This document shows positions 29,535-38,408 of a stretch of DNA of 64,000 nucleotides, one piece after another. The position numbers and the translations under genes were made by a program. The stretch comes from an uncultured Dehalococcoidia bacterium (lineage in GTDB: Bacteria > Chloroflexota > Dehalococcoidia > Lucifugimonadales > UBA1127), in contig CAJWXP010000007.1 of assembly GCA_913049785.1 (NCBI GenBank), positions 7,078 through 71,077 of the forward strand, in the 5' to 3' direction. The notes beneath the pieces were generated by a model. It did no database searches, was not told the DNA's origin, and saw only the letters and a program-made list of their open reading frames with translations. Every line of letters starts with the position of its first letter. Within the stretch, counting starts at the first letter, position 1.

Positions 29535-30827
29535 TTACCCGCCGACAGGCTGATCCTCCGGATACATCTCCGGCAGTAGGACATCCCGCCAGGCCAGCGC
29601 ACCATCGAATACCTTCTCTATTGCGCGGACGTTGTAGTAGGACGTGGTGTCAGCGCCTCTGGGCGTTCCACCCTCTGCGACGTCTCGCGTGGCTTCGATG
29701 AGCAGTTTGCGAGTGGCGATGATCGCCGCGTCCGCGGGCCCAAGGTGCTCACGCGTGCGATCTACCACGGTGCCCATGCTTTCCTGCACGCCACGGTCCT
29801 GGGCGTTGATCCCATCTATGCCGGTGAACGTGTCTGTCCGCTGGACATCGCGGTCGATCAGCCAGTTGTTGCGGACGTTGCCCTTGGCCCTGTACTGGTT
29901 ATCGGGGTCTACGTTGGGCCAGGCATTGGCAGAGCCCTCCTGGGTCCGTTCCTTCTCTGTAAGCGGCTTCTCCCCAAAGCTGTAAGTCCAGTTCCAGACC
30001 ATGACGTTGTCGTCGTCGATGGGTACCCAGTGGTGTCCATCGACGTGGGTGCGATCAGGCTCTCCGGCACGGCCGATCTGGCTTGGTCGAAGCTGCGTGA
30101 AGGGCATGGCGAAGTGATAGCCACGCACGTACTGTTCTTTATCGCCAAGTGGTCGGATGCCTGTGTACCGATAGCCGTAGTCAGTGACGTCAACTTCAAG
30201 CTTGGGAGCGCCGCCTCGGACGAAGGGCGTGGACATCTGAATGCCAGCGCTCTTCGCGTTCTCTCGAATCTGTCGGTGGAGGATAGGTGCGTGAGAAGAA
30301 TCGATGCCGCCCTCAAGGGCCTGGAGCCAGTTGGACTCCTGCCAGACCTTGGTCACGCCGCGGTGCGTCTCCGGCACCCGTGTGTACTCAAAGTCGGGTA
30401 CGGGCGGGATCTTGTCTTTCGGGCCCATGTAGACCCAGATGATGTCCCCTGCCTCGTAGGTGGGGTATGCCTTAGCCTTGACCTTGTCTTTGAAATCGAT
30501 CGGTTCGTTCATCTGGTCGACGCAGTTGCCGTTCACATCGAACTTCCAACCGTGATAGACGCAACGAAGCCCGCTTTCCTCGTTGCGACCCAAGAATAGG
30601 GAAGCGAGTCTGTGCGGGCAATTCTCTTCAAGAATACCGATGTCACCGTTGGTGTCGCGGAACCCTACCAGGTCCTCGGCAAGGATGCGCAATCGGACGG
30701 GGTCACAGTCCGGATTCGGGAGTTCGGTTGAGAGCAACGCGGGCAGCCAATACCTCCGCATCGTTTCACCCATTGGTGTCCCAGCCCCAATCTTGGTTAC
30801 CAACGCGTTTTCTTCAGCAGTTAACAT
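29535..30827 (-). CDS. Rieske oxygenase alpha-only type (R6)
   Basis: 430 aa. CPHRLASLFLGRNEESGLRCVYHGWKF and EGGIDSSHAPILH. It is the first gene after the divergent LysR intergenic region. Confidence 0.9.
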   Translation of the reverse strand: MLTAEENALVTKIGAGTPMGETMRRYWLPALLSTELPNPDCDPVRLRILAEDLVGFRDTNGDIGILEENCPHRLASLFLGRNEESGLRCVYHGWKFDVNGNCVDQMNEPIDFKDKVKAKAYPTYEAGDIIWVYMGPKDKIPPVPDFEYTRVPETHRGVTKVWQESNWLQALEGGIDSSHAPILHRQIRENAKSAGIQMSTPFVRGGAPKLEVDVTDYGYRYTGIRPLGDKEQYVRGYHFAMPFTQLRPSQIGRAGEPDRTHVDGHHWVPIDDDNVMVWNWTYSFGEKPLTEKERTQEGSANAWPNVDPDNQYRAKGNVRNNWLIDRDVQRTDTFTGIDGINAQDRGVQESMGTVVDRTREHLGPADAAIIATRKLLIEATRDVAEGGTPRGADTTSYYNVRAIEKVFDGALAWRDVLLPEMYPEDQPVGG

Positions 30828-30907
30828 GGCTCTCCCCCTTCGTGTTTCTTCCCCTGAGTCCGCTCCACAATAGCTATATACCCGGTCTCAAATCGACTGG
30901 CAATCTT

Positions 30908-30958
30908 CCTTAGCGCAAAGATGCGCTAAGGAGATACAATTGTCAATGCATAAATTGT
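30908..30958. promoter_or_regulatory. Candidate operator sites in the R6/LysR divergent intergenic region
   Basis: There is a perfect dyad CCTTAGCGCA-aaga-TGCGCTAAGG at 30908-30931. Next to it is ACAATT-N11-AATTGT at 30936-30958, which contains the LysR-type T-N11-A arrangement. Confidence 0.4.
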
Positions 30959-31004
30959 GAACATATCCTTTCCAAAATGGAACAATGTGACGAGGGGTGA
31001 TGTG

Positions 31005-31883
31005 ATGCCTGAACTACCGGAATGGAGAGTATTCTGCGCTACGGCAAAGTTCCATAGTATCTCCAGGGCTGCAGAATCCCTTGGGATAGGGTCTCCAACA
31101 GCTACTAAGCAGATTACGAAGCTTGAAGAGCGACTTGGCGTGCAGCTTCTCGATAGGACGAGGCGGCCAGTTCAGCTTACGCCGATGGGTGAGCGATACG
31201 CCGCGCTGGCGTCACCGCTGGTAGAGGGTTTTGACAACATGGTGGGCTCCGTGGCGGCTGAGGGCACGAGCGACCCCGTAAGTGTCACTGCGCCTTCCGG
31301 GTTTATCAGTTACAAGCTGCCCGATGCGGTGAAGTTCTTTCAAGACGCATTCCCCCATAACCAGGTGAGGATATATTCACGTACGAAGTCGGAGGCCATC
31401 CGTATGCTGTCCGACGGCGATGTGGATATGGCCTTCGTCGACCCACAGGTGCCGCCGCACATTGATTTCCAGCCGCTCATCACATTTGAGCGGGTGCTCA
31501 TCGCCGCAAGAAATCACCCCCTGGCCCAGCAGTACGAAGCCACTATCGATGAGATCGCGCGCTACCCGCTGACGTTCCTCCGTGCGGGCACAACAACAAG
31601 GACCATGCTGGAAGCGGAAATGAAACGCCAGGAGATCCCCTATGAGGTCGGCATTGAGTTGGACCATATAGAGGCGGTAAAGCGCTACGTGTCGTTAGGC
31701 CTTGGGGTATCCGTGGTGCCGGAATTCATCGTTGAACCCAGAGACAGGGAAAGCCTGGCCATCATCCGCGTACAGGGCTCTTATGCTACCGAGCAGATAG
31801 GTGCCGCAACGCTACGGGAGAAGCCCCTCACAACGTCTGCAAGCAACTTCCTGATGGTGCTTCGACAGTCGGTGGGGCAATAG
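31005..31883 (+). CDS. LysR family transcriptional regulator
   Basis: Track ORF 30957..31883 trimmed to ATG 31005. Winged HTH: FHSISRAAESLGIGSPTATKQITKLEERLGVQLLDR. 292 aa, divergent from the R6-R2 array. Confidence 0.85.
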   Translation: MPELPEWRVFCATAKFHSISRAAESLGIGSPTATKQITKLEERLGVQLLDRTRRPVQLTPMGERYAALASPLVEGFDNMVGSVAAEGTSDPVSVTAPSGFISYKLPDAVKFFQDAFPHNQVRIYSRTKSEAIRMLSDGDVDMAFVDPQVPPHIDFQPLITFERVLIAARNHPLAQQYEATIDEIARYPLTFLRAGTTTRTMLEAEMKRQEIPYEVGIELDHIEAVKRYVSLGLGVSVVPEFIVEPRDRESLAIIRVQGSYATEQIGAATLREKPLTTSASNFLMVLRQSVGQ

Positions 31884-31889
31884 CTTTCA

Positions 31890-33200
31890 TTAAAGCTTCT
31901 GCGCAGGTAGTTGGGGTGGCCTGATGGCGACTGCGGCCAACGCTGCCAGTATCCACGTCCCAACGACCAACAGAAAAGGCACGGTGTACGAGCCGCTCCA
32001 GTCATGCATGGCTCCGATCATGAGGGGCGCCACAGCCCTGGTCCCGTTGGCGAAGGGTGTCATGAACCCTCGGATCGCGCCGATGTGGCCTCGCCCAAAA
32101 AACTCGGCGGTGGCCAGCGACTGGAGCATGAAGAACCCCGCCAGGTTGATGCCCTGGAACACTCCCCAGGCCACCATCATGACGGGATTGAAGATGAACA
32201 GCATGAAGATGACGCCCACAGTGGCCAGACACCCCTGCAGGATCATCATGGTGCGGATGTTGTATTTCCCCGCCAGATAACCCCAAACGAATCGCCCACC
32301 AACGTTGAAGAAGCCGTAGACCGCCACGCCGCTGGCAGCTACCTCCAGGCTGAAGCCCTTTTCCTGGAAGTAGGGTATCCAGTGGGCCTGGTACCCGGTG
32401 ATACCCACTACTGCCAGAGCCAATGCCAACGTCAGGATCCAGAAGGATTTGGAGCGAAGCGCCTCGCCTTTGGTGAAGCTGTATTCCTCAGCAACGGAGA
32501 CTTTTTGCGATGTGGGGGTTGTGGATGATGGTGCAGGTTTGGTGTCGGGCGTGTCGCCATCGGGAAGCATGCCCATGACTTCAGGGCTGGTTCTCGCCAT
32601 GAGTGACAGGGGGAGGACGATGATGAAGGTGGTGATCCCCAGCCAGAGCCAGGCGTCACGCCACCCCATGCTGCCGATGAGGAACGTGAGGAACAACGGG
32701 AAGATCAGCGGACCACTGGCTGCCCCGGCGTTGCTCCATGAGAGGGCCTTGGCGCGATTGCGCACGAACCACTTGATCGCCAGGGTCTGCCACATGCCAC
32801 TGCCCTGAGCTGCTACCCCAAGGGCGCCCAGGACGCCGTAGACCATGTAGTACTGGAACGGGGTTTCCACCCATCGAAGCAGGATGAACGAGAGAGCGAG
32901 GAAGATGCTGCCGATAGGTAGGATCACCTGCGGGGCCCAGGGGTGGTCGGCTAACGGACCAAGGATCGGCCCCATGAGACCGCCAAGTAGCACGCGTACG
33001 GACAGTGCTCCGAAGATGACGGTCTGACTCCACCCAAGGTCCGCTTGCATGACAGCTAGGAAGGTGCTTGTTGCGAACCCGGCGCTTCCCAGGTTGAATG
33101 CGCCGCTGATGGCCCCGGCTCCCACGATGATCCAGCCGTAGAAGAAGGGGAGCTTGGTCCGTGGTGAGCCCTTATCGTTCATGGCGGCAATTATAAACAC
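31890..33200 (-). CDS. MFS transporter (oxalate/formate-antiporter-like)
   Basis: 436 aa as tracked. The start is uncertain (GTG 33200 or ATG 33182), and neither has a clear SD. LPFFYGWIIVGAGAISGAF N-terminus and about 12 TM segments. Confidence 0.7.
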   Translation of the reverse strand: MFIIAAMNDKGSPRTKLPFFYGWIIVGAGAISGAFNLGSAGFATSTFLAVMQADLGWSQTVIFGALSVRVLLGGLMGPILGPLADHPWAPQVILPIGSIFLALSFILLRWVETPFQYYMVYGVLGALGVAAQGSGMWQTLAIKWFVRNRAKALSWSNAGAASGPLIFPLFLTFLIGSMGWRDAWLWLGITTFIIVLPLSLMARTSPEVMGMLPDGDTPDTKPAPSSTTPTSQKVSVAEEYSFTKGEALRSKSFWILTLALALAVVGITGYQAHWIPYFQEKGFSLEVAASGVAVYGFFNVGGRFVWGYLAGKYNIRTMMILQGCLATVGVIFMLFIFNPVMMVAWGVFQGINLAGFFMLQSLATAEFFGRGHIGAIRGFMTPFANGTRAVAPLMIGAMHDWSGSYTVPFLLVVGTWILAALAAVAIRPPQLPAQKL

Positions 33201-33236
33201 GTACTCGGGTTTCGTGCTTCGCCATCTTGTGAATGG

Positions 33237-34538
33237 CTATTTGGGGGATAACGTCGTATCGGGCTCTTTGGTTTTCGTTTCCGGCGCAAACAGAGCGATC
33301 AGGAGCGCGCTCACTCCCAGCCAGATTGCGACCAGGATGAATGCCCCACCAAAGCTCCACCATTGGGCCATCGCCCCAACCGCCAATGGCGCTACGAACC
33401 CTCCTGAAGCCTGGAAGAGCGACCATACTCCCAGGAATGCACCCCTTCCCTCTTTGGGTGCCAGGTCCATGGCATATACCTGCGATGTGCTCTGGCTCAT
33501 TCCCCATGCCAGGCCGTAGAGAAGCACCATCGCAAGGATGCCGATGTAGCTTTCGCTGATGCTTAGGAGGAACGCTGCTCCGGCCAGAAGGAAGAGACCC
33601 GGCACCAGGGAGAACTTCCTGCCATATTTATCGCTGAGCATCCCATTGGGGAAGGCCACGACCACGGCCACAATGCCCCCCATGCCGAGGAGCGTGCCGA
33701 TGCTTGTGGGGCTCAGGTCTGCAAGTTCCTGGGCGTACAAAGGCAGCAACGTCTGGAAGACACCCTGCCCCATCATGCTGACGGCAAAGGTCGCAAGGAC
33801 CAGGAACAGAAAGGGCTTGGTCTTGAACGGAGCGAGCTTACTCGAGATGGAACCCTGCTTCTTCTCAGGTGCATTCTGCGCTTTGGGTACGGCCTTTGGC
33901 TTGCTCTCCCCGATGAAGAAAAGAGCAACTGCAAGCGTTGCGACCTTGGTAACGCCGTTGAACAGGAAGATCGCCCTGAAATCAAAAAAGAGCAACAGCA
34001 TTCCGCCCATCAGCGGTCCAGCCACCTGCCCCAGCCGTTGAGACATCCCTCGAAGGGCGACGACGCGGCCACGGACTTCCTGGTCAGTGACATCGGCGAT
34101 GAGGATGTTGGCGCTGGTCATCCACATGGCGATGCCGATACCGCCGATGAACTCCAGCACGAAAAACTCGATGTAGCTATCGATGAACATTTCTATGAAT
34201 GCCGTGACAGCCCGCAGGCTTGCGCCGGTAATCATGAGGGGTTTGCGACCCCATTTATCGCTCATGAACCCTGTGATGGGAGATGCTACAAGGATTGCGA
34301 CAGCGTTGAAGGCCAGGATGAGGGTGACCAGGAAGATGTTCGGTTCCAGGGAGTATGCGAAGAGCGGCCGACCCAGGTTCTGAGCGCCGCCGCCCGCACC
34401 CCAAAAGAAAAATGCAACAAAGATCGGCACAGTGCGTTTGGTAAGGATGCCGGGTTTGGTTGTTTGTTCCTGTTCAGGGGTACTCAAAGTAGGCAGAGTA
34501 TACCGTTGGTTGCTTGGCCTGTCGCTAGACCCGTGCAC
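33237..34538 (-). CDS. MFS transporter
   Basis: Track ORF 33237..34595 trimmed to GTG 34538, which is preceded by ggagggaga. It has the sugar-porter-like motif MSDKWGRKPLM. 433 aa. Confidence 0.7.
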   Translation of the reverse strand: MHGSSDRPSNQRYTLPTLSTPEQEQTTKPGILTKRTVPIFVAFFFWGAGGGAQNLGRPLFAYSLEPNIFLVTLILAFNAVAILVASPITGFMSDKWGRKPLMITGASLRAVTAFIEMFIDSYIEFFVLEFIGGIGIAMWMTSANILIADVTDQEVRGRVVALRGMSQRLGQVAGPLMGGMLLLFFDFRAIFLFNGVTKVATLAVALFFIGESKPKAVPKAQNAPEKKQGSISSKLAPFKTKPFLFLVLATFAVSMMGQGVFQTLLPLYAQELADLSPTSIGTLLGMGGIVAVVVAFPNGMLSDKYGRKFSLVPGLFLLAGAAFLLSISESYIGILAMVLLYGLAWGMSQSTSQVYAMDLAPKEGRGAFLGVWSLFQASGGFVAPLAVGAMAQWWSFGGAFILVAIWLGVSALLIALFAPETKTKEPDTTLSPK

Positions 34539-34594
34539 CCGTTCTCTCCCTCCAACATCTAATAGCGTGAAAGTCCGCGCATGAGGGAAGACCA

Positions 34595-35176
34595 ATGAAA
34601 GCTAAACGATGGGCTGTTCTATCCGGACTCTTCATGATGATCTTGGTCCTTGCTGCAGCTTGCAGCAGCGGGATTGACGCGGAACCGGCAAGTCCTGCGG
34701 CGGCAGCGGCCAGTATCGATGCGGCTCAGGATGAAGCGTACTACGCGGAGTTAGCTGCGGCGCAGGCGCTGACCCGAGCCAACTTTACAAACTTCGGCAA
34801 GATATTTAGCAGTTCATGGCCCATTCGCAGCGCGTTGATCAGCGCACTTCTGGATGCCGGTGTGGGCAACGCGTTCTTTGACGGGTTGGAGGCGTTGAAG
34901 CAGATCGCCTTCCATAGCCTTCGGGATGGCAACCGTGAGATCTACGTAATGGATGCTGACGGGGGAAATCAGACTCGCATAACCTTTGACCCAGCGCTTA
35001 ATTTTACGCCCGTGTGGTCGCCGAATGGGAAGCAATTCGTCTTTACGAGTCAACGCGATGGTATGCATGAGATCTACGTGATGAATGCTGATGGCAGCAA
35101 TATCACGCGACTCACTTTCAACTCTGTTACGGATAGAGATCCCAAGTGGTCAGCGCACAGAAAGTGGGTTGCCTAG
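34595..35176 (+). CDS. Lipoprotein with PD40/TolB-like beta-propeller repeats, apparently C-terminally truncated
   Basis: Lipobox MKAKRWAVLSGLFMMILVLAAACSS. It has two repeats, RDGNREIYVMDADGGNQTRITF..PVWSPNGKQ and QRDGMHEIYVMNADGSNITRLTF..DPKWS. It then diverges (AHRKWVA*) at the point where GC drops. Confidence 0.6.
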   Translation: MKAKRWAVLSGLFMMILVLAAACSSGIDAEPASPAAAAASIDAAQDEAYYAELAAAQALTRANFTNFGKIFSSSWPIRSALISALLDAGVGNAFFDGLEALKQIAFHSLRDGNREIYVMDADGGNQTRITFDPALNFTPVWSPNGKQFVFTSQRDGMHEIYVMNADGSNITRLTFNSVTDRDPKWSAHRKWVA

Positions 35177-35441
35177 CCGTCTATGTCGACTAAGGAGGGG
35201 CACATAGCTAGGGGAGTTGACCTTACCAGATGGCGAGGCAACCTACTTTCTGTGGCTCGCATTCTCCAAAGGCGTCCCGGCAACGTCAAGCCGAGAAAAT
35301 CGGGGAACCTGATCCTCCAAAAAGATTCCCTTTTGGTGGTGTGCTTCAGTGTGTCATCAAAGAAGTGTTTTATGACACTCGGTAATCGAAATGGATCAAA
35401 CACAGATTCTGTCAGCGTTTCGTCGGAGGGTTTGTAACAGG

Positions 35442-36197
35442 TCAATCCAGTGCCCTCCGTCGGGTCCGAAAGACTTTGACGAAGATAGAAACAAGTTGTG
35501 TATAAGTGCCCTTGCCACCAAGTAAGTCCCAAAACTCTCTGCCAACAAGGACTTCCTTTCCATCGTAGTCAAGGTATTTGCTGCCAGCCCGGTGTTGCTT
35601 CTTAGGCTCCGGATTGTACGGAAAGACGGCGATCGTTTGTACTACGTCTGGGAGCCTGAGTGTCTTGATTTCGAGCAGCTTGGCTTTTATTGATCGAGCC
35701 TGCTCGGAGTTCGGTTGGGGGGTCTTCATATAAAAGTAGTATTCGCTGCCATTGATGTTAACGAAAAGATCAAGAGTTACATCATCTGCTGTTGTCTGCT
35801 CTAATCCCTCGACTGACCGTTTACGCAGGATGGCATATTCCCGCGAGACGTTCGGGGCTGACGTCTTCCTCTTTGCAGTGACCTTTTCGATATAGTTCCG
35901 GGCGGCAAAGGGCATCCGGCCCGCTACATGGACATCAGTCTCTGCGCTATAACCGTTGCTCCGGGCGATATCGGCGGCGATCTCCTGATACTGTATCCCT
36001 GTGCTCCCAGATAAGGACCTTTCAATCCTGCTCGCCCGTAAAACCCGTTTCGGTAAACCGGAAAAAAAGGGGTTTCTCCGGCTGCTCTTACCTTTTCGGG
36101 AGTTCTGGATGGTCTCGTCTAGTTTCTCCAGAATTTCTTTCTCAACTCTCCTTCGGAGCTTGGGAGAATTCCGGAGGACAGATCCTCGCCCGGGCAT
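35442..36197 (-). CDS. TdeIII-like type II restriction endonuclease (orphan)
   Basis: Trimmed to ATG 36197, with gaggaggtg SD. The segments IERSLSGSTG, SEYYFYMKTPQPNSEQ, VFPYNP and VLVGREFWDLLGGKGTYTQLVSIF match my recollection of the RE_TdeIII family. It is lower in GC than its flanks. 251 aa. Confidence 0.55.
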   Translation of the reverse strand: MPGRGSVLRNSPKLRRRVEKEILEKLDETIQNSRKGKSSRRNPFFSGLPKRVLRASRIERSLSGSTGIQYQEIAADIARSNGYSAETDVHVAGRMPFAARNYIEKVTAKRKTSAPNVSREYAILRKRSVEGLEQTTADDVTLDLFVNINGSEYYFYMKTPQPNSEQARSIKAKLLEIKTLRLPDVVQTIAVFPYNPEPKKQHRAGSKYLDYDGKEVLVGREFWDLLGGKGTYTQLVSIFVKVFRTRRRALD

Positions 36198-36724
36198 GGC
36201 ATGCACCTCCTCACTTCCACACAACTGTATCGGCCTAGGCCGGCATGACATTGCGAACCCTAACACAGACGTGCGGTTTGGTCACCGCATCCTGCGTTAG
36301 ATAGCTGAATATTTGGGCAACAAATCCAATTACAACTTGCGATCGATTAAATTCCCCTTGTTGGCACATCAAAAGGGAATCTTTACGGAGAGAATTGATT
36401 CAGGCAATTTCCAGCTTGGGACCACAGACAGCACTTTCGGAGAAGCAAGACTCGGTCGGTGCCCTCAGAATCTCCTGGGGTATGCCCTGAACCCGTTCCC
36501 TATGTGGCCTAGGGTGGCTGCGGATGACCACCGGCAGTATTTGGCCTGCCGTCATAGCTCATGGAACCCATAACGCCCTCTCGTTGAGTGCCTTCAACGA
36601 TCTGACATCGCAGACGAGCGATGCTCCCTAATCAAAGAATTGACGCACGCATCAGACTGGACCATCATCCCGTTGGCAATCGTGCCGACTTGATGCGGAA
36701 GAACATTAGCGGACACGGCCCGCC

Positions 36725-38014
36725 TCAATTCCGCGTCAGTAGCTGGTCTTCTGTGGCTAATTCCCGCCAATCACCATCGGGTGCGATAACAATATCTTCA
36801 GACCGAATCATGTCGAAGGGCATGGCGGCGTCCAGGCCTGGAGGATCCTCTCCTTCTTGGAGCCCTCTCACGGCCTTTAGCAACAGCCGCCGAAGAAAAA
36901 TTATAGCCGAGTCACTCGTCCCGAGATGCTCTCGCTCCCGGTCACAAACCGCTCCCATGCTCTCCGTTACGGCGAAGTCCTGATTCGGGATGCCGATGAT
37001 ACCCGTGATGCTCATTGTTCGTTGCGCCTCTCGGTCAATGAGGTAGTCGTTTGATGGAGTACGTACGCGATTGCCATCGGCGTCGTTTACTGCTCGGGCA
37101 GCAGCGCCGGCCTCCCTCTCTTTCTGGCTAAATGGCCTGTCCAGCCTGCAACGAACGGCGTATCGCATGAAGCTGTCATCATCGATCGGCACTGTGATGA
37201 AACAGCTGCTGGCAGTATTCTTATCATCGTTGGGAATAAAGAAGGTCAATGGCAACGCATGTTTGGTGATGCGCACCCACTGGTTCCCCTTGTCCGTCGG
37301 GCGGATTCCGGCGTATTTGAACCCGTACGGTGTCTCCTCGGCCTGGAGGTCCGGGGTTCTGTACTTAGTGGTGAAATAGCGGAAGAGCGCTTGGGATAGG
37401 TGGCCTGGCTTATCCGTTCCGTCATCGCTTACCGGAGCATCATCGCCGACGTTCCGGTGCAGCATGGCAATGTGCGCGCTATCGATATGTCCTTCGACGC
37501 CCTGTAGGTAGTTACAGTACGAGCGGTTCTTATTGACTGCCACGTGGTCAGCAGGAACAGTGTGCATGACGTGATTCTGAAAGGGTGGTTCCAAGTCCTT
37601 GGGCCCCATATACGCCCAGACCATGCCCGCTGACTCTTTCGTGGGATAGGCGGTGATTTTAACTTTGTCCTTGAAGTTGCTCTCAGCAGGTTCCGACGGC
37701 ATGTCCACGCAGTTGCCGTTAACGTCAAACTTCCAACCGTGGTACACGCATCGGAGACCACACTCCTCGTTGCGGCCAAAAAACAGGCTGGCTCGGCGAT
37801 GGGGGCAATGATTGTCAAGGAGACCCACGATTCCATTGGTGTCACGGAAGGCTACAAGCTCCTCGTGCATGATTTTGACCCGAACGGGAGGACAGTCTGG
37901 TTGCGGCAACTCTTCTGAGAGCAAGACGGGGTGCCAGTACCGGCGAAGAAGGTCTCCCATGGGTGTTCCGGGACCTACACGACACAGTAGTTCATTGTCT
38001 TGCTGGCTCAACAT
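36725..38014 (-). CDS. Rieske oxygenase alpha-only type (R7)
   Basis: Trimmed to ATG 38014 (MLSQQDNELLCRVGPGTPMG), with ggaggtgg SD. It has the same Rieske motif and EGHIDSAHIAMLH. 429 aa. Confidence 0.9.
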   Translation of the reverse strand: MLSQQDNELLCRVGPGTPMGDLLRRYWHPVLLSEELPQPDCPPVRVKIMHEELVAFRDTNGIVGLLDNHCPHRRASLFFGRNEECGLRCVYHGWKFDVNGNCVDMPSEPAESNFKDKVKITAYPTKESAGMVWAYMGPKDLEPPFQNHVMHTVPADHVAVNKNRSYCNYLQGVEGHIDSAHIAMLHRNVGDDAPVSDDGTDKPGHLSQALFRYFTTKYRTPDLQAEETPYGFKYAGIRPTDKGNQWVRITKHALPLTFFIPNDDKNTASSCFITVPIDDDSFMRYAVRCRLDRPFSQKEREAGAAARAVNDADGNRVRTPSNDYLIDREAQRTMSITGIIGIPNQDFAVTESMGAVCDREREHLGTSDSAIIFLRRLLLKAVRGLQEGEDPPGLDAAMPFDMIRSEDIVIAPDGDWRELATEDQLLTRN

Positions 38015-38408
38015 CGTCCACCTCCCCTGAGATCTCCAGTCGACAGTTGTTGACCTATTTAATGCCGCAATTGTATGCCCCATCTTGGGGGTGTCAACGG
38101 ACGGGTCGTTAGGAACCAGGAGAACCGGCGCGTCAAGACGCTCTTACAGCCAATCTTGCTGACCGTGTACATGTAACTTGGAGGATAAGTTGGAGGTCGA
38201 GTCTCGAGTCTCCAGGGTAGGATTCAACCTAATCTAGGATTGGAATTCTGCTGATTAGCTCTATGGAAACTGCTATTTTGATTCGAAAAGAGATTACTAT
38301 CGAGGAAACGGTAATGGCCAGGGCCCACTCTGCACATCAGTTCGTTCTCATTTGGCGATAGCACGATCGCAAACTCAAGGTAATTTTGGGGTGCTGGCCG
38401 TGCCGCGA

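Noticed and set aside
28828-30599. Plus-strand ORFs 28828..29394 (188 aa) and 29745..30599 (284 aa), and many similar ones inside every Rieske gene.
   Set aside because: All are antisense to ORFs with intact Rieske and iron motifs. The recurrence simply mirrors the paralogy of the sense genes.
35173-35532. Small ORFs inside the REase islet flanks (35173..35532 -, 35183..35437 +, 36313..36573 +, 36621..36983 +).
   Set aside because: They have no SD and no family resemblance, and they overlap each other or real genes. I examined them as possible methyltransferase remnants but saw no MTase motifs.
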